Origin: Hyalangium minutum
GTDB lineage: Bacteria; Myxococcota; Myxococcia; Myxococcales; Myxococcaceae
Direction of reading: 5' to 3'
Length of the DNA: 64,000 bases
NCBI RefSeq assembly: GCF_000737315.1
Contig: NZ_JMCB01000003.1
Location: 153,394 to 217,393, forward strand
This document shows, piece after piece, positions 57,572 through 64,000 of this stretch. The position numbers and the translations under genes are program-made. Within the stretch, counting starts at the first letter, position 1, and every line of letters starts with the position of its first letter. The notes beneath the pieces were generated by a model. It worked only from the letters and a program-made list of their open reading frames with translations, was not told the origin of the DNA and made no database searches.

Positions 57572-58411
57572 ATGGCGCGATGCGTGTTCCTGTCTGTTCT
57601 GGTGTTGCTCTCGGGCTGTGCCACTTCGCGGCTGTCCGGTGCGGAGCTCGACCGTGTGGTCCAGCCCGCCTTCATCTCCCGCATTGAAATCGAGGCCGGT
57701 CCCAAGAGCCTCGTCTTCCGCGAGGACGATGCGTACGGCGACAAGCTCAAGAAGCTCGAGCCCAAGGAGGCCGATCGCCGTCTCCAGGCCAAGCTCATGA
57801 AGGCGGTGACGCGCTTCGAGATCTCCGAGCGCCTGCGTGTCGGCACGATCCAGCAGCTCCCGCAGGAGCGGCCGTGGACGAACACGGTGGATCCGGCGCG
57901 AGTGGCCTCGGCCCTGGAGAGCTTCCTGGTGGAGGAGGTGCCGGCGAACGCCCCCGACTACGATCTGTTGCTCCCGCTGGGCGTGGACACGGTGGTGGAG
58001 TTCGTCATCCAGGACTACGGCATGCGCAGCGACAATGGCCACGCGGGTGCGTACGTGAAGGGCTATGGGCGCATGTTCCGGCTGGCGGGCCGGAGTGAGA
58101 TGTGGCGCCGGTCTTTCTCGGTGGATCAGATCGAAGCGGGGGAGCCGCACCTGGATCCCCTCAAGGTGGGCAAGGATCCGGATCTGTTCCGCCAGGCCAT
58201 CACCTCGCTGCTGGATGTGGTGGCGGAGCAGTTCGCGAAGGATCTGTCGCCCAAGGACCGCCGGGGGGGGCCGCCGCTGCCAGTGGAAGGGGGCCCGGAC
58301 ATCCACGCGCCATCGGACAGCACGAACCGTACGGGCCGCGAGAATGAGCCGCCTTCGAGAAGGCCGGAGCCAGAGCTGCCCGCGGGCGAGCTGCCGGATC
58401 CTGACCCGTGA
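57572..58411 (+). CDS. hypothetical lipoprotein
   Basis: MARCVFLSVLVLLSGCATS lipobox. Confidence 0.55.
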   Translation: MARCVFLSVLVLLSGCATSRLSGAELDRVVQPAFISRIEIEAGPKSLVFREDDAYGDKLKKLEPKEADRRLQAKLMKAVTRFEISERLRVGTIQQLPQERPWTNTVDPARVASALESFLVEEVPANAPDYDLLLPLGVDTVVEFVIQDYGMRSDNGHAGAYVKGYGRMFRLAGRSEMWRRSFSVDQIEAGEPHLDPLKVGKDPDLFRQAITSLLDVVAEQFAKDLSPKDRRGGPPLPVEGGPDIHAPSDSTNRTGRENEPPSRRPEPELPAGELPDPDP

Positions 58412-59778
58412 GAGCCCTGCTGCTCCTGACGGCGTTGACGCTGGGGGCCTCCGCGAGCGCTCAGCCCAAGGAGGAGCCTGTTCCGGAAGGGGTGTTCGGG
58501 CTCGCCGAGATCCGGGTCTTCGTCAGCAGCCCTCTGTGGTTCGCGTGGAAGCTCCCATCGTCGAAGTTTCTCCTCGGCTACGCCCGAGGCCCCGAGGGAA
58601 GAGGCCCCGAGGCGGGGCAGTTCGTCGTGCTCGATGGCAAGGGAAGGCTCGACGCGAAGCAGACCCAAGCCGTCCAGGAGGCGCTCCAGCAGGCGGATGC
58701 CTCGGGGCGCTGCATGGAGGTGAGCGAGCGGAAGATGCCCCTGTTGATGCCTCTGGGCACCCAGGGCGTCGTGCTCCAGTCGAGCTCCGATCCCCAGGGC
58801 TCGTGCCTGTTCACCTGGAACGCCCGCCGTTCAGCCATCGAGGTCCGGGCCGCTGACAGCGTGACGGCCCTCTGCGGGCCTTCGGGCTGTCCTCCCAAGG
58901 CATGTTGGCTCACCGAGGACTGCTGGCTGCCCGAGGCTCCGGACCTGGACACGGCGCGAAAGGGCTTCCATCCCACTTTGCTGGCGCAGTCCCTCATGGA
59001 GGACGTTCCGGCACCGGGGCGCGCTGTGTTGGCGGCGACCCTGCCGGGCGCGGGGAGGGTCCTCGTATGGGTGCCCTCCTGGCGCAGGGCGGACGCGGCG
59101 GATTCCGAGAAGGGCATGGACTCCCGCCTCTACGTCTTCGACCCCCAGAAGAAGGCCATCGATACGGCCATGACGCGGAAGCTCGTGGCGGCGCTCGGGA
59201 CCGCGCTGGACGAGTGCCAGGGGCTCGGCACGGTGGCGGAGCTGCAGCAGAGCGGGAAGGGCGTGGAGATTCGCCAGTTCTATGCACCCGGGACGACGCA
59301 CCTGAACTGCTCCAGCACGGTGAGCTGGAAGGGCGGGAAGTTCAGCGTGGAGGCACACCCCTCGGGAGACAGCAGCCTGAGCTCGCTGGCGCGGGAGCAG
59401 GAACCAGGGGCCAGCGACGACCAGGCGCTCGGGCTGTGGAAGTCCGGCAAGCGCGATCTGGCGCTCGCCATGTGGGAGCAGCTCTACGCGCGGGCGGACT
59501 ACCAGAGCCCCGGTTTCGCCGACGTCTGCAACAACCTCGGGTTCGCGTACTGGACGCTGACGGAGTTCAAGAAGGCCGAGGAGGTATTGCTCGACTGCGA
59601 GAAGTCCTTCCCGGCCCGCGCGACGATCCAGCTCAACCTGGGGGACGTCTACCGCGACACCGGTCGCGCCAAGGAGGCGATGGAGCGCTACCAGCACTTC
59701 CTCGAGATGGAAGGGGGAACGCCCCAGCAGCGCAAGGCCGCCGAGAAGAGCCTCGAGCGGCTCAAGGGGCGTCCCTGA
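58408..59778 (+). CDS. secreted protein with C-terminal TPR repeats
   Basis: Signal peptide MRALLLLTALTLGASASAQ; TPR units near C-terminus (AYWTLTEFKKAEEVL, LGDVYRDTGRAKEAMERYQHFL); GTGA overlap with upstream gene. Confidence 0.6.
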   Translation: MRALLLLTALTLGASASAQPKEEPVPEGVFGLAEIRVFVSSPLWFAWKLPSSKFLLGYARGPEGRGPEAGQFVVLDGKGRLDAKQTQAVQEALQQADASGRCMEVSERKMPLLMPLGTQGVVLQSSSDPQGSCLFTWNARRSAIEVRAADSVTALCGPSGCPPKACWLTEDCWLPEAPDLDTARKGFHPTLLAQSLMEDVPAPGRAVLAATLPGAGRVLVWVPSWRRADAADSEKGMDSRLYVFDPQKKAIDTAMTRKLVAALGTALDECQGLGTVAELQQSGKGVEIRQFYAPGTTHLNCSSTVSWKGGKFSVEAHPSGDSSLSSLAREQEPGASDDQALGLWKSGKRDLALAMWEQLYARADYQSPGFADVCNNLGFAYWTLTEFKKAEEVLLDCEKSFPARATIQLNLGDVYRDTGRAKEAMERYQHFLEMEGGTPQQRKAAEKSLERLKGRP

Positions 59779-59799
59779 GCCGCGCTTGTACCCGCCGGG

Positions 59800-60423
59800 T
59801 CAGCCCTTCGGGTTTCCCCCCGAGCTCGGCGGTCCGGCATAGCCGCCCTCCGCCAAGCGCTCGCCGCTTATCTGGTAGAGCTCGGCCGTGTGGTGCCCCA
59901 CGCCGGTGGCGTCGATCCACCGGTTGTAGAAGTTGAACAGGGCGCAGACGTTGATGGCGTCGTAGATGGCCTCGTCGGACCAGCCGGTGGCCTTCACCGC
60001 GTCCATGTCCTCCTGGCGGATCTTCCCGGGCGAGAGGTTCACCTTCTCCAGGAAGGTGAACAACGCCCGTTCGGCCTCCGAGATCGGAGCCGTGCGGTGA
60101 TCGTCGAGGACCGCCTCGACCTTCTTCTCGTCTCCCAGCAGCTTCGCCGCGACCGCGGCGTGAGAGTTCGTTCAAAACAAACAGAAGTTGCCGCGCGAGG
60201 TGAAGGCGGCAATCAGCTCGCGCATGCCCGCGGACAGGGGCGAGGGCCCTCGCATGACCTCCTGGGTGAACTCAGACAGCGCATTCGTGACCTTGGGCTT
60301 GAATGCGAACAGGTGCCAGATGCGAGGGAAGGGCCTGCCCGCTTCGCGGGCCCGGCGGATCAGCTCCCCGTAGTGCCCGGTGCCTTCATAGGCTTCGATG
60401 CCCTTCAGAAACATCGGATCCAT
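59800..60423 (-). CDS. AhpD-like/carboxymuconolactone-decarboxylase-family peroxidase-related protein; candidate selenoprotein with UGA(Sec) at 60174..60172
   Basis: ORF track gives two same-frame minus ORFs (60172..60423 and 59800..60063) separated only by TGA; read-through gives ...SRGNFCLF-U-TNSHAAVAAKLLGDEKKVEAVLDDHRTAPISEAERALFTFLEKVNLS..., placing Sec at the second Cys of the AhpD-family C-x-x-C-x-x-x-H motif; SECIS-like hairpin 11 nt downstream. Confidence 0.7.
60145..60160 (-). promoter_or_regulatory. candidate bacterial SECIS hairpin
   Basis: mRNA 5'-CGCCGC-GGUC-GCGGCG-3': 6-bp GC stem with GGUC apical loop, starting 11 nt 3' of the in-frame UGA. Confidence 0.55.
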
Positions 60424-60438
60424 AGAACCTCTTCTCGC

Positions 60439-61365
60439 TCAAGGTGACGTCGCTGGCGCGGGTTGGATCTCCGCCAGCACTTTCTCGTCGATGTGGATCT
60501 GCGCACGCTCGCGCAGTTGGTGGACCAGCGTCTCCAGGGCCTGCGTGCGCCGCTCGGACAGCAGCCGGGTGGCGATGCGATCCTTCACCGACTCCAGCGG
60601 GTTGTTCAAGCCCGCCTGACGCAGCGTCAGCTTGAGGAGGTGGAAGCCTCTCTCCGTCTCCACCAGCGGCCCCACTTCCTGCGGCGACTGGAGCGTGAAG
60701 GCCGCCTGCGCCAGTGCCGTTCCCCACGCTTGCGACAGCTCCTCCGCTGTCCTCGGGCCCAGATCTCCACCCTGCGCCTTGCTGGCCGCATCATCCGAGC
60801 GCTCTCGTGCCAGCGCCTCGAAGCCGTCCTGGCCCGGAGCTCCGGTGGGCGCGCGCACCTTCGCCAGCAGCGCCAGCGCCTCCGCCTTCACTTGCGGCCG
60901 CCGGGCGTCTCCCGCCGCCGCCGCCAGGAAGATGTGGCTCATCCGCACCTGCTCCGGCCGGACGAACTCAGCCCGGTGCTCCTCGTAGTACTGGCGCACC
61001 TCCGCCTCGGACGGAGGCTTCATCTCCTCCGTCACCTGCTTGACCAGCCGTTGGACGATCAGCTTGCGCAGTGCCTGCTGGACCTCGGCGTCCTTGTCCA
61101 GGCCTCGGCGCTCCGCCTCCTGCGCCAGCACCTCGAACTGGATCATCCCGTCCAGGAACTCCTGCTTCCGCTCCACCGTGGTGTAGCGGCCTCGGATGAA
61201 GGGCGCCTGCTCGTCCAGCCGCTGCTTGTACTCCTCCGCCGTGATCGCCGAGGTCCCCACCGTGGCCACCACGGGCTCCGCGGGACGATCCTTCTCCTGC
61301 CCACGGCACCCCAGGCCCCCCACCAGGCCCAGCACGCAGCAGGCCAGGAACACGCGCTCCGTCAT
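60439..61365 (-). CDS. PpiC-type peptidyl-prolyl cis-trans isomerase (SurA/PrsA-like) lipoprotein
   Basis: Start MTERVFLACCVLGLVGGLGC (lipobox); SurA-N-like chaperone region; immediately upstream of and co-oriented with the AhpD-like gene (15-nt gap, RBS GAGAAGAGG). Confidence 0.7.
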   Translation of the reverse strand: MTERVFLACCVLGLVGGLGCRGQEKDRPAEPVVATVGTSAITAEEYKQRLDEQAPFIRGRYTTVERKQEFLDGMIQFEVLAQEAERRGLDKDAEVQQALRKLIVQRLVKQVTEEMKPPSEAEVRQYYEEHRAEFVRPEQVRMSHIFLAAAAGDARRPQVKAEALALLAKVRAPTGAPGQDGFEALARERSDDAASKAQGGDLGPRTAEELSQAWGTALAQAAFTLQSPQEVGPLVETERGFHLLKLTLRQAGLNNPLESVKDRIATRLLSERRTQALETLVHQLRERAQIHIDEKVLAEIQPAPATSP

Positions 61366-61482
61366 GTCGCTCCCATCGCTGATCTCGCGGACCGGATCCA
61401 GCGAGGCATTTACCTGTAGCCAACATACAACGGGAAGTCCTAGGGTCTTCACTTCCGGTCATAGGAGGCGTGGAAGGAGCCT

Positions 61483-62394
61483 GTGGCTACGGGAGGTTGT
61501 GTGCGGCGCTGTCTCGGGTGCCTGATCGTCATCGTGGCGGCCTGTACCTCCGAGGCTCCCAGCACGGCTGGGGCCGACGCGGGCCGTCCCGTGGGCACCG
61601 TCGTGGGCCGCTTCGCAGGAGCCGAGGTCCTCACGGCCGAGGAGGTCTCGCGCGAGGCGGCGCGGCTGCCCCCCGCGCTCCGGGAGCAGTTCGAGACTCC
61701 CGCCGGCCGCCGTGAGTTCGCCCGCTCGCTGATCGACAAGCGCCTCCTGGTGCGCGAGGCCCAGCGCCGGAAGCTGACCGAGGATCCCGAGCTCCGCCGT
61801 CAGGTGCGCGAGTTGGAGGAGCGGCTGGCGGTGCAGGCGCTGCTGGCCCAGGAAGAGGCCGCCGCCGGGAAGCCCTCGGAGCAGGAGCTCCGAGCCTGGT
61901 TCGACTCGCACCGCGCGGAGCTGGCCCGGCCGGAGCAGGTGAGGGTGGGCCGTATCCTCGTGAACGTGGGCGCGAAGGCCTCCGAAGCGGAGCGCACCCG
62001 GGCCCGGCAAAAGGTGGAGGCGGCGGCAGCGCGGCTGCGGCGCGGCGAGTCCCTGGCGAAGGTGGCCCCGGAGGGTGAAGGCCCCGAGCGGATGAAGGGC
62101 GGAGAGCTCGGGCTGGTGGTCCGTGGAGGCGGGCTCGAGCCTTCCCTGGAGCAGGCCGCTTTCGCCCTGGAGCGCCCAGGCGCTGTGTCCGCGGTGGTGG
62201 CCCTGCGCGAGGGCTTCGCGGTGCTCACGCTCCTGGAGCGTAAGCCGCCGCGCGTGCCCACCTTCGAGGAGGTCCGCGCCGAGGTGGAAGGCCGCTTCGC
62301 TCCCGCGCACAAGCGGCAGATGTTCGATGCGCTTCTGGAGCGGCTGCGCCAGGAGGCCGGTGTCGAGCTCGTGGAATCCCGGGAGGCCCCATGA
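61483..62394 (+). CDS. SurA/PpiC-like periplasmic chaperone/PPIase lipoprotein (paralog, divergent from 60439..61365)
   Basis: Lipobox-like CLIVIVAAC; sequence paralogous to the divergent gene (shared ...RLLVREAQRRKL...EQVRVGRILV...). Confidence 0.65.
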   Translation: MATGGCVRRCLGCLIVIVAACTSEAPSTAGADAGRPVGTVVGRFAGAEVLTAEEVSREAARLPPALREQFETPAGRREFARSLIDKRLLVREAQRRKLTEDPELRRQVRELEERLAVQALLAQEEAAAGKPSEQELRAWFDSHRAELARPEQVRVGRILVNVGAKASEAERTRARQKVEAAAARLRRGESLAKVAPEGEGPERMKGGELGLVVRGGGLEPSLEQAAFALERPGAVSAVVALREGFAVLTLLERKPPRVPTFEEVRAEVEGRFAPAHKRQMFDALLERLRQEAGVELVESREAP

Positions 62395-64000
62395 GCTTAC
62401 CGGGTGGACGCATGCTGCGTGCCGCCGCGCTGCTCGCGCTGGTGCTGCCGCTCACGGCGTGGTCCGCCACGGTGACCGCGGCCTTTCCCCTCGTTCCCCT
62501 GAGGCCGGGCGCTACGACCGCGGAGGTGGGGGTCGAAGTCCAGGGGCCCGCGGAGCAGGTGCTGATCTCGGTCACGGGCCAGTCCGCGTCCCGGGGATCC
62601 TTCGCCTCGCTGGCCAACGTGGTGGTGGATCGGGATCAGGCCGGGGCCGTGTCCTTCCATACGCTCGTGACGTTCTCCCAGCCGTTCCCGGAGGATGGCG
62701 TGCTGGAGGTGGTCGCCCGGCCTGTGGGAGACGGAGAGGACACCTCTCTCACCACGCGCTTCGATGCCGCGGCCCCGCCGCCTCGCTTTGGCCCAACGCC
62801 CCTCCGTGTGCGGGCCGATCTCGACAACCAGACGATCATCCTGGAGCTGGCCTACGCGGGGAACGCGGTGGCTGCCGAGGCCTCCGTGGTGGGCGCCTCC
62901 GCCGAGGAGCTTCGCCGCGTCCAGGGCAGCCTCGAGGACGTCGAGCCCGTCTCCTTTGTCCAGGCCCGCCGCCTCCTGGCCCGGCCCTCCACCGCTACGC
63001 CGGGCCGCATCGTCTTTGCTGTTCCCCTGGGCACCGCGCCGATCCCTCATGACGGCGTGGTGATCGCGGATGTGGCGCTGAGGGATGCCTTCGGCCGCAC
63101 GGTGCACACCTCGGCCGTCGAGTTCACCCAGGCCACCGCGTTCGATCCCGTGGTGGGTGTGTCCGTGGAGCCCTCGCCGCTGCTGCTCTCCGAGGGCTTC
63201 GGCCAGCGCGTGCCCCTGCAGGTAGCGGGCAGCTTCGCCATCGCGGGTGAGGTGGATCTGTCCGGTGCGCACCGGGGCGTGCAGTACCGCTCGCTGGACG
63301 AGGGCGTGGCCTCCGTCACCGAGGATGGTCAGGTGGTCGCTCGCGCCAATGGCGAGACGGACATCGAGATCTCCTACGCGGGCTACACCGCCACCGCGCA
63401 TGTGGTGGTGGACTCCTCGGCGGTGGTGGAGCGGCTGGAGGTGATGCCGGAGGCTCCCGTCATTCCGCGCGTGGGAGGCTCGATCCGGCTGGGCCTGGAG
63501 GGCGTGCTGAGCGACGGGCGCCGGGTGGATCTGTCCTCCCGCACGCTGGGCACCACCTGGAGCAGCCTGGATCCCAGCGTGCTCACCGTCCACTCGGATG
63601 GGCGCGCGGTGGGCCTGCGCCCGGGCACCGCACGCGTGGAGGCCCGCAACGCCGGCTACTCCGCCCTGCGCGTCGTGGAGGTGCAGGATGGGCCTCCCGA
63701 GATCAGCCTCTCCGCGCCATCTCAGGTGGTGGAGGGTGCCGACTTCGAGCTCAAGGCTCGCGCCCAGGACGATGTCGCGCTGGCCTTCGTGGAGTTCCTT
63801 GTCAACGGGGTGGTCACCACGCGGCTGACGGCCCCTCCCTTCACGATCAAGCTGCGCGCCCCTCCCGTCGCGGGCGGAGAGATGGTGATCGGGGCGGTGG
63901 CGGTGGACTCGCATGGCTCGCGGACCCGGGCCACGGACGTCACCTTGAAGGTGCAGCCCGGGCAGGGCGCCAGCTCGAAGACGATCGTCTATGAGACGCC
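62391..64000 (+). CDS. large secreted protein with bacterial Ig-like (Big_2-type) domains (5' part; continues beyond window)
   Basis: ATG 62391 overlaps upstream stop; signal peptide MLRAAALLALVLPLTAWSA; frame 0 has no stop to window end (no plus-strand frame-0 ORF terminates there in the track); Ig-like motifs (GETDIEISYAGYTATAHVVV). Confidence 0.6.
   Translation, partial: MSLPGGRMLRAAALLALVLPLTAWSATVTAAFPLVPLRPGATTAEVGVEVQGPAEQVLISVTGQSASRGSFASLANVVVDRDQAGAVSFHTLVTFSQPFPEDGVLEVVARPVGDGEDTSLTTRFDAAAPPPRFGPTPLRVRADLDNQTIILELAYAGNAVAAEASVVGASAEELRRVQGSLEDVEPVSFVQARRLLARPSTATPGRIVFAVPLGTAPIPHDGVVIADVALRDAFGRTVHTSAVEFTQATAFDPVVGVSVEPSPLLLSEGFGQRVPLQVAGSFAIAGEVDLSGAHRGVQYRSLDEGVASVTEDGQVVARANGETDIEISYAGYTATAHVVVDSSAVVERLEVMPEAPVIPRVGGSIRLGLEGVLSDGRRVDLSSRTLGTTWSSLDPSVLTVHSDGRAVGLRPGTARVEARNAGYSALRVVEVQDGPPEISLSAPSQVVEGADFELKARAQDDVALAFVEFLVNGVVTTRLTAPPFTIKLRAPPVAGGEMVIGAVAVDSHGSRTRATDVTLKVQPGQGASSKTIVYET

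Overview
This 64 kb window is a high-GC chromosomal segment, roughly 68-70% GC by eye, from a myxobacterium-like organism (order Myxococcales inferred from codon usage, the lipoprotein-rich proteome and a Myxococcus-type cysteine-rich repeat protein). It is densely coding on both strands. Most genes are housekeeping or conserved: greA, recG, pcm, thrC, tmk, ubiB-like kinase, nhaA, mutS, an amiC-like amidase, tsaC/yrdC, xerD, scpA-scpB-rluB, amidase, 5'-nucleotidase, metallophosphoesterases, a FAD monooxygenase and a KGG-repeat stress protein. Three things stand out.

- **Candidate selenoprotein (59800..60423, minus strand).** An AhpD/carboxymuconolactone-decarboxylase-family gene is split in the ORF track into two ORFs by a single in-frame TGA. 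The TGA sits exactly at the second Cys of the family's CxxCxxxH motif (read here as C-L-F-U-T-N-S-H). It is followed 11 nt downstream by a GC-rich hairpin with a GGUC apical loop, the bacterial SECIS hallmark.
- **Low-GC island (about 43.6-46.95 kb) between a metallophosphoesterase gene and a DUF4388 gene.** It encodes a signal-peptide protein with a JAB/MPN-like HxHx6SxxD motif, a lipoprotein, a lipoprotein with an internal hydrophobic segment and a C-terminal PD-(D/E)xK nuclease-like domain, and an immediately downstream immunity-like gene. This is a candidate polymorphic toxin/immunity (SitA/SitI-like) or membrane-nuclease defence cassette. It contains an orphan tRNA/tmRNA 3'-end fragment (T-arm GGTTCGATTCC plus acceptor strand), suggestive of an integration-site scar.
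- **Intragenic tandem repeat in rluB.** The C-terminal tail of rluB carries a near-perfect 45-bp in-frame repeat in about 16 copies, encoding EGAGRPEKREWKPRG.

No rRNA, intact tRNA or CRISPR array was found.
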